A stretch of DNA of 64,000 bases from Lingula anatina (lineage: Eukaryota; Animalia; Brachiopoda). This document shows positions 36,901 through 50,599 of the stretch, piece by piece. The notes beneath the pieces were generated by a model. It saw only the letters and a program-made list of their open reading frames with translations, did not search any database and had not been told where the DNA came from. Each line of letters opens with the position of its first letter. Position 1 is the stretch's first letter. The position numbers and the translations under genes were made by a program. The stretch covers positions 1,364,001 through 1,428,000 of the forward strand of contig CM120641.1 in assembly GCA_051362555.1 (NCBI GenBank). Reading direction: 5' to 3'.

Positions 36901-39900
36901 ATCGAATTAATAAAACATACACACTGGCCAAACGCCATGTTATTCCATGTAACAAATCCTACGATGAAGTGCCAACATAATCAATTTCAAAGCAAGCATG
37001 TTGTGCTCTGCAATTAGTGCAAAATTTACTTGTTGATAAAACCAAGACTGCGCTTGAAATCATACTATGCAAGTTGAATTACAATAAGTATAAGATCAAC
37101 ATGTAAACTATCGGATTTTTTTCAAACCGCCATTTGATAACTTCATCGGAAAAATGGCGGATAGACTAATGTCATTGAACTTTAATATGTTTACTATAAC
37201 CTACATGTAAATTAATAAAGGAAAATCTAAGCACGATAATTTTTCCTGCGATTTATTTCGATAATTGAGACAAAACATGTCATCTCATTACAACCCCTAT
37301 CTAACTGAAAGAACAGAAGAGAGATAAGTGCCAGTTTTAACGTCACTCTATCAAAAGACGAACAGGAATAACGTACCCAGTACTTCAAGGCCTCCACGTT
37401 TTTTTTTTCTAAATCAATTTTTCGACAGATAAACTAACACGCCAGCTGACGAGCTGATGTTCAGCCCATTCTCCACTTCATGCTCCTTATAGAAAAACGT
37501 GGCTTCTTGGCACATTTGATATTTTGATTGTACATGTAACCGTGATGTAGGCCTTACACAACCTTTCACGATGTTTTCTTTTTATTAAAAAACGGACAGC
37601 CCAATTAGGGGAAACATCATTTATCAACCCAGATAGATCAATGAAGTGGTAATTCATAATTAAATCTGTGGCGTTAAAATCTACCTATCGTATTTACCTA
37701 ACAACTACACGATTTAATTGTGCAGTTAATTAGCTAAGTATCGATTTCTCCCACTGAAAGCTGTTCGAGATGGCCCTACGACATGGGTGAATGTTAACAA
37801 ATGTAGGAATAAATCGTTTTGTTGGATCGAAAGTATCACTTAGATATCACAAAAAACAGAAAGCGTGCGCTCACCTTACTCTAGTGAATATACTAAACAG
37901 AACCCTCGATGTTAACATTCCCGAGGGGTATTCATGCATATGTACATGCCCATAGTCCTGTACCACTCTGATAACATGCAGCACGTGTACACTTCAACAA
38001 AACCAGATAGTAAACAACATTTAAGTATCCACAACACTCCGCTGGCGCGTATTGTCTCTGGTCGACTTGATGTACCATCTCATGTGTACACGCAGCTAAT
38101 CACTGATTGTTGGTTATGAGAAAACCAAGTGTATATTAAGGATATCTTGACTCACACCTAAAAATTTTGGGAGTTTCTGCAATGCATGAAATATTGATTC
38201 CAACAGATCATGTCTCAGAGCTATACATTGGAGAGCCGGGTGATACGAATTTTAAATTGCTCAGGATTCATATGATATGTCAAACGGGCTGATGACATAT
38301 TTATTAACATGTTGACAGTGTTCCAGCCTGGATGAATTAATAATCAAAATAACCCAGTGTAGAGCGCCACCTGCTTCATGAACCTCTATTCATCCCTTCA
38401 GTAAACACAACATCCATCTTATTATTATCTTTCGTGAATTGATTTCTTTTTTTATATATCTGTCTGTTAATTTTTCTTCCTTCTTTCTTAACTGCCTTCT
38501 CTCAAATCTTCTTCCCTGCTTTAAATCATTTTTCATTGATGTATAATCCTTAAACAGCTATACTGACATCAGTAAAGTAAAGTTTACTACATAAACGTAT
38601 TTTATGGTGTCTTAATTGCGCTAACATCTACAGCCACAACATCCATCTACCCTCATTCTCTCAGCTGAGTTAACTGATAGGTATATATTACAGCAAATTA
38701 AAGCAAACAAAAAATCTAATTCATTCAAAAGACATTTAAATGCCCTTGTTAAACACATGTCTTAAAGGGAATACATTTGCACATAACTTCACATCGCTAC
38801 GTACGTTTACGAGAATGCCCTATTCTTGAAAACTACGCTGCGTTCGCCGAATTGAAGAAAACAGCTCGTTAAATGAGGGCTGATATATATATATATATAA
38901 ACCTCTGACAAAGTAAGTTTAAACTAAATTCCGATACTATAAATTGAGCGATTTGGCCAAAGGTATATAAGAAAGGGTGACCAAGATGTATACGACATTG
39001 GTATGGGTTTATGTATTTGTTGCCAAACGAGTAAAATTGCACGGATTGACCGCCAAAAAGACCGGTGTCGGAGATTCTAGGAAACCCGATTTCCTTTTTA
39101 TCTCGTAATCAGATCTTACAGCTATGAATAAGAAAGTCTTGTGAAACAACTTGCCCCCTTCAGGATGCGACTGAATTCCACACTATCAGAGACCCTTGCA
39201 CATTTAGCTGTGCTGCAGATACAAAATCGGTTCTTCGGGAGTAAAGAGCACTAGTAGTGAATTGCATTGCGTGTTGACGGCTGCTTTCTGATTGTCGACC
39301 TTCGAGTGAACATCTGTTTGGTAATCTTACGGTCGCCACAAATGCCATATCAAACTACACCGAGCTCATGCGTTTCCACACATTAAGCTAACACACGCAA
39401 GCTTAGGCTGGCTTAAAGTACGTTAATCGGTGACAAATTAGTGAACTTTTTCATCATCTATCAATTGCAAACTGACACAGGTAGACTACGCCTCAAAAGT
39501 ACTGCAAAGAGGGCCAGATAATAAGTTTCTCTTCCATCAAGGAATTGCCCGCGGCTTACGTGCACACCTATCGTCTCCAGGGACGAACGAACGCTGCGCA
39601 GACACTTGACGTCCGTTTTGAACTCGGTGCTAATTAAGCATGTAGGTGACGCCGATCAAATATTATCAATAAGCCTAAGGGTACCTTGTAATTGGAGGAT
39701 CGCTATCACATGGGTAGCACACAATACTAAGAACCGGTGGCTAAAGTAAATGAAGTCCAAGCAGATTTCTGGACCCACTGAGGCATTTCTCACTGTGTAA
39801 CCTGTGTTTGCGGCGGTGGCTTTTCCCCCAGGGAAGAGTTTCATCGTTTTAATTGTTCATATGTTGTATGTACTTTACACTTGGACTGTTTGTGAAAAAT

Positions 39901-41604
39901 CCAGGGTTGGGCCAGTGTTATTTCAACTATGAAGAAGAGGTAGGTGTAATATACGATGTTAGAATACTTGAGTAGGTAGGTAACGAAAACGGAAACACTA
40001 AAAACATAGTCAAATCGAAGGAACCATTGAAATCATCTCCACTTTCAAAAAAATGATAATAAATAAATAAATAAATAAAATAAAATCTTCATGATGTTTT
40101 ATAATTTAATAAAATCTTGGGCTCAGATACTACGGCTCGAAACCAAGAGTATTTTAAAGTAACGTTAGTTTATCAATTCCAATTACCTTGATAGTGAACC
40201 GCATTCTCTCAAGTAGAAACCAAAGTGGCCCCGACTATCTAGACTGGAGCGGTACGTTTTGTTAAAAATATAATATATGAAGTAAAAGCTGGACTGTTCG
40301 AAAATGTTTGAAATTATGGCAGTTACAGTTTCACATGTTGATTAAATTGGTGAAGCGTTTCAGCTTCCATAAACCCTGACTTCTTAAATGTCTACTCGGT
40401 CTTGTTAAGGCCAAAGGATAGCCGCCGTCAAACCTGACAATTAAATTCTCCCCATTTTAGGGCGCTCTTTCTCACTGCAATCCGTACGATCTCTGTTCCT
40501 AGCCAGGTGTTATATTCCCTAACACTTACTCTCATTCTCAGGCAGGTGTAAAGGCTTGTAATACTTCTCACCTCACAGACAGATCCATTTACATTCCCCT
40601 GGGTTGATGTTCCGCTTTCTCTTGTCATTGTGTTATGCCAGCCACGTTCACTATTCCATCAGCTCTTTTAAGCCACATTACATTCATAGAGATCGTAATG
40701 CAAACGAAAACCAAAAATATGTATATTCATCTTGAACTCTGGAGAAACGTTTAAGGGCATCTTCGTCTGACAAGTATATATCATAGGAATAAAAACGTGT
40801 TTCAAAAACACCATCAAAACCGCCAATAAAACGTACCAAGTGGATAAAGCACCTATCAAACTAACTTATAGACCACCATTTGCGTGCAATTCATAAATAA
40901 AGATTAAACTCAGTTTCGCAGCGAAATCTTTGATTAGCGCAAAAAAAAAAAAAAAAACGCTGTACAGTTCAAGCATGACGTATTAAATTAATGTTTTGAG
41001 GTGTAAATCCCATTCCGCTTTTTTTCTTACTCACTGGGGAAGTAATCAAAGCTCTATGCAAGGAAATGTGAAGTTATAAAGGGTTACAAAATGAAAATTG
41101 CAAAAGTGTGTCTTGCTCTTAAAATTGTCTGACTAAGATTTTATCAGCAAAACCAGGTCCTGTGCCTAAGGTTTTTATTAAAGTTTACCTATATGTGCCG
41201 TGGATCTTATTCATCAAATAAAAGACCTCATTAAAATCTAGATATCGCCAAATTATTGACATTCTTCCTTACTATCACTGCAAACCTTCGGTGCCATGCT
41301 TTGAACAAGTTACAAGTGGCGCCAAAAACAGGTTTCTTTTCAATCTTGAGAGGTGTTCAATTAACTCAAACGCTTCTAGACAACTTCACGGGTCAGATGA
41401 CATTAAAGTCGGTTGTTAAACTTACCTGCTGATTAAACACTGACCACATACAACGAACATCACTTGTAAGAAATCTGCGCTGACACTTCTGTAATTCGAC
41501 AAAAGGCCATTTTTTGGAACATTCTTGCGTTGTAGCTCCCTTTGCAGAAGCAACGCCGTCACTGTCAAGATGACTGTCAGTTACGGCGTGTTGTTAGGCG
41601 CATT

Positions 41605-41689
41605 CCCTGTGTAAGACTTTACTAGCTCCGCCCCTGCCTAGTAACATGCCCTGTGTAACGTTTTACTAGCTCCGCCCGTGCCTAGTAAC
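41605..41689. repeat. Tandem duplication, 2 copies, period 44 bp, each with a GC box
   Basis: CCCTGTGTAA..TTTACTAGCTCCGCCC(C/G)TGCCTAGTAAC at 41605 and 41649. Confidence 0.9.
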
Positions 41690-44600
41690 GGAGACGGCAA
41701 CAAGTTGCATGTTTTGATTGACCATGGCAAAGTGGCATATAAACGTTAAAATATGTATCATTTTCTTTAAATTTTCTATTTTAAATTTTAGGACAAGAAA
41801 TGTTAAATATCATGGAGACCGTTTACTTCAGTGTTTTGATCACGGGTTTTATGCCGTGCGTTTGGAAATAGGAATACCACAAAAATACACAGAGTTAGAG
41901 GTGTACCGAAGACGATTAATTTCATTAATACGCATGATATAAAAATATAGGGAAAAAAACGCCGAACGACACTTTTATACCCTTATGTCATTATCAATGT
42001 AGGTACATGTACTTTCGTACTTTTACGCATGCTACGTCTATAGGGAGATGCTGACACGTGCAATCTCTTTGTCCAATACCTTTGCAAGATGAATTAAATT
42101 AACAGTTCCAAGGAAAGACAAGTTTCATCCTTACTCGAGTCAATAAAAATTACTGCTAACATGGTATGTAATACTAGGTGTATGGCAATTACTAGGTGTA
42201 GTCACAAAATTACAGACTTGGTATTGCAAATTATTCAAAAAGATTTACTCATCAAGGCTAAACACAATTTTCTTTTCATTCTATCTAATTTAAGGTGATC
42301 CGCCTTCGATGACTCTATCACGACCTTTCTGCCTCTGTACATCAAACTTGGCATCTCTCAAACTGTGCAACGCACTGCATTAATACTTGACAAAATTATT
42401 AAAGATGTGCATTATTCTTAAGAGCCCTACCTAATATAACTTGAGATTTAGCCTTTTCCCTGACGGGGCTATAGGGTCGCATTCTTCTCTGAGGTAGTAT
42501 ACTAAATCTTGTCTAAATGTTGCAAATCCTGGAGCGAGCCGGCTAAAAGCGAGACAAGCCGCAGGAATTAGCGCAGTAGAGGCGGATGGCATTGAAGGCG
42601 GCGCACGGACGCTGGAGGTGTGGGATTACATTGTGGGTAATGTTGAATAAAGATCACGATGGAACCAAAAGATTACTAACCCCAACACATATGCCAAATT
42701 ATTCAGGCTATTAAGTGGACCGAAGGGGAACCCTCGCCGTCAGTCACTAAGTGTGATTTATGGCAACATTTAGAAGCAATTAAAACACAAGCATTAACGC
42801 AGAGTTGCAGGCAAAATGTAGAATCGATAAAACTATATGGGTAATTAGTTTTTGTTGATCACTTACACTGAAGTCAGGCTAACCTGGCAATGCATAAAGC
42901 TAAGTGTTTTTTAAAGGAATAAACTTAATGTGCTATCTGACTTTAGCAGGAGATAACTGAGCGATGTTAATTGTATCAACCTTATTTCATCCTTCACTGC
43001 TTTTGACTATTACACATGAAAATGCCACCAATCATATCAATTTGACGCGTAAAAATCGTGATGAAGGGGCTGTCAGAGAGCAAAGTCGAAAGTATGAAAA
43101 TAAAATGTGATTATTGTAACAGTATCAAATCGATTCTGATAAAGAGACATACGTGGGCTTACGTGGTATTCATCACGTCCTTGAAACTGATTTATTGAGA
43201 CTTAATAGTACTAGTTGATCAATTCAATCTGCTTAAAGAGGGACTTTTTCGCACAAAGCGCAAACATTTACAACTTGCGATGGCCAATACAAACTCTTTC
43301 AAGTAGCTACGCTCTACTTCGTGTGTCTTTTATAAAAACTAAGAGCTTAATTTTCCTTCGTGTCAGCAACTTTCAAGAAGATTAGGACAAACTACAACAC
43401 GCTACAAAACTAGGTGTCTGATTTTAAGGTAAAATATGGAATGGAACACAACTGTGTATAACTTTTATCTTTACATTCGTTGAGATCTGGCTTTTTGTTC
43501 TGCCATAATGATAGAGGTGACTTGCCGGAGGCGATTTGAGAATCTACCAACAAAATATGACTTTCATTACAGAACAATCCGGTGTTAGTACAGTTTTCAA
43601 GTTATGTGTATATAGCCTACAATGGCGACTTCTAAAAATTACTTTTTAAGAGTCAAATCACTGGATCCAAAAACCCAGGAGAAAACGATTGAATCTACGT
43701 GCTTTACCATTATAGAATAAAAGATGCAATTTGGAGAAACTGCTTTAGTGCCAAAAAGGGTGTAATTTTGGCGGCCATTTTGAACTTTTGAACTATGGTG
43801 ACTACAAACCTTCTAAAAGGTTAAAACTTACCAAAGAGTATGTGCTCATTTCCGTATTTGTCCAAAGACGCATCTAGCTTTTAGCCAAATTTGAAAAAAA
43901 ATGTATATTGGACCTAACCTAACATAATACTGTCACGAAGAAATGCGCAGATGTAATAAAGTTTGTCTGCAAGTTACGAAAAGATCATTACCACAGTTCA
44001 TCTAATATCCATCTGTTTTTGCTTATCAGTAAACCTGGTTTCGATGGATGACCACGCACTACGAGTTTCCCACTGTTTACAAATAAGATTTACATTTTAA
44101 ATCATATATCTGTTGGTGAAGTGAGTTTCTCTGGCGATACACAGTTATGCAGGCATTGCGACTGCAACTTATTTCAGCGATGTATTCCCAAATGAAAACC
44201 GTTCAAAGCTAACAATTTATTCTTTTTACAATCCGTTTGATTTTAATCGCGGCACGCTACAGCGCCAAGGCGAGGTGGCACAGTAAGATAGTGAGCCTGC
44301 AACATTGCGCCACTGTGAGAACATTACTTAAACTGCGGTTCTAGATCACTCCACGACACGAGGTGAACATTGCCTCGGCAATAAAATGATGCACTAGTTC
44401 CTAGGAAATTATTTAAGACATTCCAGGTTCCTTATATATCCGACAGGTTCAAATGAGCAAATTATAGAGCATATGACGGTTAACTAGGTTACAAATTAGA
44501 TGCCATGTGTATCAGTTGGAATTAAAACGCTACAAGAAATTACATTTTCATAACACGCAAGCAATAAACCATTGTATGAGACCGTTCCGTCCTTTGCACG

Positions 44601-44837
44601 CCACAATAAATAGTGCATAAGATTGTCAGGATATTTTGCACAAATTAACACTAGCAATGTTTTCAGAAGATGGAGTACGCCATACACGTACAAGGTATGA
44701 AGCCACCCCTACCTGTACTCTGAAGCCAGATTACTCCAACTTTCCCTGTTACCTGCATCCACATCCATCTTCCGTAACAAAAGTACAAACTATAAATGCG
44801 AATTCTTACACAAAGACAATTCCGGTGCTGTAGTAGC

Positions 44838-44841
44838 AAAA

Positions 44842-44876
<35 letters not shown>

Positions 44877-44899
44877 AAATAAAAATAAATAAATAAATA
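44838..44899. repeat. (TAAA)n microsatellite
   Basis: Direct reading. Confidence 0.95.
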
Positions 44900-47800
44900 G
44901 TTCTAGTTCAAATCTTCTACCTTATCATACAAGATGTCATTCATGTCGTCTGCCCACAAGCGCACGGTGTGCCGCTGCCTCCAAGATAAAACTGATGGTC
45001 CATTTCAGTTATTACCCTATTAGCAGACGACCAGTGCGCCAGCGCGACATGCAAGAGGGAGCTTCGTGGTGGAGCAATTAAGCTGCGTTGCCATTACTTG
45101 CAAAATGTGATGTCACAACCTGACCGCAGATGTAGGCAAACAGCCATTTGTTTTTGTTTTTGTTCACACAAGCATCAATAGAGGAAAAGGATCATTTCTG
45201 TTCATCCAATGCAAATGACAAATTACGGGAAACGGCTAACAAGCTTTCTTTCGTTCACATCATTTAATATACGGATGCGAGTGCCATTACGAAGAACTTA
45301 AGTACATGTGTTTCTGTTACGTTCGTTTGGAAACTGGAATATATGAGGAAACATCCTTAGTACATGTGCCTTATTAACTTCATCATTTACCTTTTTAGTG
45401 GTTTTAAACTGTTATGCATTCAATTCATTAAATCTCAGAGATTTGTTTTCTATTATGATGTAATATGTATGTATACTGTAAGCGCTATCTCGTAATAAAG
45501 AATTTGCAAGTTTCTTTCCTTCTCTTTCACAGAGGCAATTATCTGAGCGCATCGCAATTCGAAGAAATTTTCAGACAATTGCCTTTAGTTGTAGAGTCGA
45601 TGGCTACTGCATCAGACATTGAGGATTACCATGGTGGTATGACACTGTATTACTTCTTTAAGCATAACTACAAGTATATACTCACCAAACAGCCGTTAGC
45701 TTCCTCACGGTTGCCAGTTTATGTATGTCACTGGGGTTTATATAATGTCACTATCCGCCTCGACTGACGTCAGCATGAAGAATTTTTTGGTCTGCATTTA
45801 ATTGCGTCACAAAATTGCCTTAAAAAGACGACACTCCAGTGTCACGGCATCAATCGCTCAACAAAACAAGTTGACAAGGCCACCCCGTTAGGTAAGTAGT
45901 CAACTTAGGTAACTATGTTTTTTGACATTGATGCAGATAGTTAATAACATTGGGGACAGTCCATCAGAAAACAACAATTTCTACTGACTGTTTCACTGTT
46001 TTGCAGTGAACGCCGTTGAAATTCAGAAGGAAAATAGTGGTTTTCCATGAAAATTATTATTATTATTTTTATTATTATTATTATTGGACGAATAGTGTTG
46101 TTCAGTTTCCGCTAACATGTTCACAAGAGAAAACAGCCCCTGTTGCCATAAATCCCTACTTCTGTAAAAAATAGTTCAGTTTCAACATCAGTATTGGTAG
46201 ACATACATAAAAAATGTAATGGGTACCCATGCACATTTTGTTCTTATGGCAACTTGTTTTAGGATAAAACTGATTTTTTTCATTTGCAGGTACAGTGTTT
46301 TCAACGACTAAAGTCAACACACTATCTGTCGATCTTTTGTTTCAATATAAATTGAGAATATTGAAAAGCATTTGTTGAGCGATTTTATTCAGCCTGTTTA
46401 CTTCAACTTCCGTGTATTACCAGATCACCAGCTGCTGACGCAATGTGCAACAAATAGATTTTAATGCGAGACGTTTTTGCGCAGTATAGCATAAGGACAA
46501 TACATTAAGACTTCTTCTGCAACAAAATTTTCCAAACTTCTACCCTTTTAGTAAAATACGACTTCATCATATCATCATTTACTATCTGCACGTACACACC
46601 TTTTTTCAATTGCATTTTTCCTAATATTCACGTTCTGTTTATCCAACACCTTTTTAATCTACGGTCCAAGGAATAAATATTATGTGGGAAGAAAGTGAAT
46701 TTAAGTGTTTTTATCATTCCAGATGCACCTATTTAGTTTTTCATTAATATAACAGCACGCAACACGATTCGCATAAACGTTTTTATACCCAATGAGCCAA
46801 TAAAATTCAATCTAGGATAACGAATCCAATAACATTTAAAACGCCTAGTTCAAAAGTGAAGTTCACTTTGTCCAGCTTTATAGGAAACAGGCAATCGTAT
46901 AACAATGGTCGCCGTGTTTCTTTATTTGGCATAGGCCTACGCAAGATTAGCATGGCCTTCTACATGCACACCCCCCCCCCCCCCAGCAATATCCCCTCGT
47001 CACTGAAATTCGACAATAAAACCAAGATTCGTGGCATCTATGTTCTCTTCAAATACAGTTTTTCTTTCGTCTCAAATCTTGGACAAAAAGATTTTGAAAA
47101 AAAATGTAATTTTCTTAACAGTTCGTACAGTAGGGAAAACTTTCACGTCCTCTGAAAGGTAGCAGAGAAGCCGTCAAATGCATCTCTACATTGAACCCAT
47201 AGCCTTGGACAGTAAACAAGTCAGTTGTGAATCTGAGTCTACCTTGAGAGAAATACCAAAATGCCAAACTACCAACTCTGTAGACACTTGTGGCATTTAG
47301 TGGTTTTTCTACACCTCAACTAAACTAGCATTATTGGCCTCTTTTCTACGACTCGTAGATCAGCAGTAATATGATCTTAGCCTCACTGGGATAGCTAATA
47401 ATTTAGCACCCCTAGGTTCGAGTAACTTCTAACGGAGGGTCACCAAACAGATGTCCCGGCAACATGACGTATTTAAATGTACTTTAAGACCCAAAATTTA
47501 CGTTAATGATGAGACCGTAAAGACGACTTTGAGCTGCGACCGGAGGCATGGTGGCCAGAGTTATCTGACTGGGGTCAACTTCCGCATTTTCAAATTTCCC
47601 AACACGCCCGTTTGTCGCGCCTGAACATCAGCGGCGTTTCTTTGAAGTTGACCACTCCAATCGGGTATGGTAGACAGGTCACGTGTCCCTCCCCGGAACC
47701 GTGAAATCCAGATAAGTACATGCGCGTTTTGATTGGAGCTGTAAACTTCAACCAAATTAGCTGCTATCGCCCGACCTTTCCACGACGACGGCAAATACAA

Positions 47801-48059
47801 ACATACTAACTCTCACAACTCTTGATCTTTCTTCTCCTTCGTCATCTAAATGTATCCTTGTTTAAACATGACCACAGTCTGCAACCCAAACCCTATTTAC
47901 AACTGACAAATGTCTTGCGACCGATAACCATCCCAAAAAAACTCACTATGGCTTAACACGGTTTAACTGACGTTACCCTCCCATAGACCTCACAAGTCGA
48001 AATAAAACTCTTCAGTTGCAATGGACTCTACAATTGCAATGAGGGTTGCATGTGGCTGG

Positions 48060-48760
48060 AAGGATTCGCCAAAGGTCGCATGGTGTTTCTACAGGAACCT
48101 GTACACACCACCAAGTCGATCTCTTGGAATTTTGGCTTGGTCGCCTGACACTTAATTTGAAAACGCCAGCAGGATCGTAAAATAACAGGATATAAGGTGG
48201 TGATACTAATTGGAGTGGTTCTTATGAGGTTCCAATCACAAAAGAACCAAACATCAAGCTCTCTGTAATGCTCACCAGTGAAACATTGCCCAAAGGTTAG
48301 GCAATCATCATGCCAATAGACCTGAGTAGCGAATACGCTCTTAGAGATCCATTGGAGAGTGACTTGAGGCTTGAGATACCTTGTTACGCCATATTAGGAT
48401 TCCTTGGGACGGTCTAAAAGTCACACAACTTTAGCAAGTGTTTTGGGAAAATTCTGGACAGTTCCATACATTCACAGACGCCTTGGCGACCGACGATAAG
48501 TGATGGATATCAAGAAAGATGACTTTGGAGACCATCCAGATCACTTGGACACCAGCTTGCAACTCCAGATCAGAGCGTTTGGTGAAACTAATGGCAAGAG
48601 CAGGCCAAAATGGCGCTCCAAAAGTGTAAATGTTACGTTGGATTGAAAACGAGGAAGCTTGCATACATGGGTTCAAAAGCTCTGGCCATAAGGTCGGCTT
48701 TAAAAGGGAGGCAGCAAAGCTCGCTTCTGTGTTTTTAATGGAGCTTGGGACGACATGTCA
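48060..48760 (+). mobile_element. Highly degraded RTE-clade LINE ORF2 C-terminal relic
   Basis: Frameshifted peptides in the expected order: RI/AKG..F, KITGYKVVILIGVV, RHIRIPW..KVT..QV, LGH, FGETNGKSRPKW. These resemble RTE motifs TKxxVYxAxVL..LLYGSE, RRILRIxWxDKVTNxEV, WxGH and GRPK. Confidence 0.45.
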
Positions 48761-49848
48761 AACTTATGTCAAACCACCGCACACAGTGAGCGGCTCACCA
48801 AGACTAAACCCGAGCTCTGCTGGTGACTAGCGCCGTGCACCATAAGGACAGAAGAACATGTTTTGCAGAACGGTCAACAGAGAGAGCCTTAAAAAAGAGC
48901 CTTACTTGCCCCTAAACAGCATTCGATACACTTTTGTTATAATAATTACCATTACTATCATGACAGTTGTAATTGCGTGGCATCAGTGCTCGCGCGCATC
49001 GCCAAAGGTATACTTTGTGGTGCCAATTATGGGTGATCCGTTACAGAACATCCCTAGGAAAATGCCAATATATTTGTTGTTTACAACAGAGACAGCAATG
49101 CTGAGAAAAACAGGCGTATTACTGGGGCTTTTTTCTTTGAAAATGTACTTTTAAGGTGCCTGGATCCTCAGCGGTCTCCGAGAGTTCTGATAATAAATTG
49201 CCTTATTTCAGCAAAAATCATAACTCACCCAGCTCTCCTGACAGGCCACGTAGACCAATCAATGCTTCATGAATGATGTATCAATCGAATAAAACTCGTG
49301 CCAAAAAAGTGACAGTAACAGCACTTCGTTCATGCAGTGAGTGTTAAGTATCTGTCGTGCGTCTGATTAAATATATATGTACGTGTACGATAAATAAACG
49401 TATATACAAAGACAATAAAGCAGATCCCAGCTAACACTCAGAAAATATAAATAAAAAAACTATACCACTTATTAAACAGTAGTCAGATATGCACGACTAG
49501 ACTGTTAAGAGATTTGTACCCACGACGCCAGGGGGTTATTGGTTTTAAACAGAAAATAATATCATGTATGGAAGAGTAAGTGTGACTGTGCGTGTGTGCG
49601 TGCGTGCGTGCGTATGTGAGGGGGGTGCGCGTGATAGTAGGTGTATACATTCATTTCTGAAGAAGATTATACAGTTAAGTCTGTCTTTTTCGTGTTTGAA
49701 GCACCCAATAACCTTCGTATATTAATATTTAAACGCAATCGAGCTGCTTTGATAATCCTCTAATGGTTGGTAAACTGGTAAATATATGGTAGGCGTTCCT
49801 ACTTAAAAGGCACGCAATAAACCTTTTTAAAGTGCAGATGAAATTGAA

Positions 49849-50003
49849 TTTTTTCCATCGACCTAGAGTACATGTGACAATATCCTTAGAACAATACGGG
49901 TGATGCCTTTGTATCATACATTGTACAACCACTATAGGACACGTACGCAGGTGCACGTCGTATGCTCCCAACTAAACACTGATGCAGATATGTAAACTTT
50001 CAC
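49849..50003 (+). repeat. Dispersed repeat, copy 1 (copy 2 at 55890-56047)
   Basis: Shared TTTTTTCCATCGA..GAACAATACGGGTGAT..ACAACCACTATAGGACACGTACG..CAACTAAACACTGATGC.GATATGTAAACTTTCAC. Confidence 0.85.
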
Positions 50004-50069
50004 CTAAAACATAGCACGGTGGGGCAAACATGGCCGTATCAAAACAAATGATTCATTAATGTGGACATA

Positions 50070-50427
50070 CCATTCACACTAGCACTTTTAACCGCGGTCA
50101 AGGCCTAACCTCGGTCCTATCGGGGTTAACTTTTCTAATGTGAACGGACGAAGTAGCCCTGACCGCGGTCGAAATAAACCCAGATCGGGAGGTGGGTATA
50201 ATCGGAGTAAACTCCTGACCGCGGTCAAGACCGGATGTCTACATATGAAGCGCATGCGCCCGCCATGTCTCACAGATTCTAGTAAGAGCGCATGCTTGAC
50301 AGGAAGTACGCTTGCTGAGATTCTACCGCTACTGATCGCAGCCGGTGTCAGTGTGAACGCAGTTTGGACGCGGTTTGGTAGACCGCGGTTTAATCGGAGT
50401 AAACTCGACCGCGGTTAACGTTCTAAT
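50070..50427. mobile_element. Harbinger-type MITE remnant rich in ACCGCGGT palindromes
   Basis: Starts CCATTCACACT; internal GTGTGAAC and repeated (G)ACCGCGGT / TAATCGGAGTAAACTC units; right end truncated. Confidence 0.55.
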
Positions 50428-50599
50428 TTGTTTGTCAAATGACTGCGAGACAAAATGAAGTCAGCATGCATGTTAAATTTAAATTTGGAAGTTATTGTAC
50501 ATTAGAAACCAAACGCTACCTACGGTATGGTGCAGAAATGGATTCGCCTACTTTAATGTGCATTAAAACAAAAACACGCAAAATAAGCCTCCCACAATA

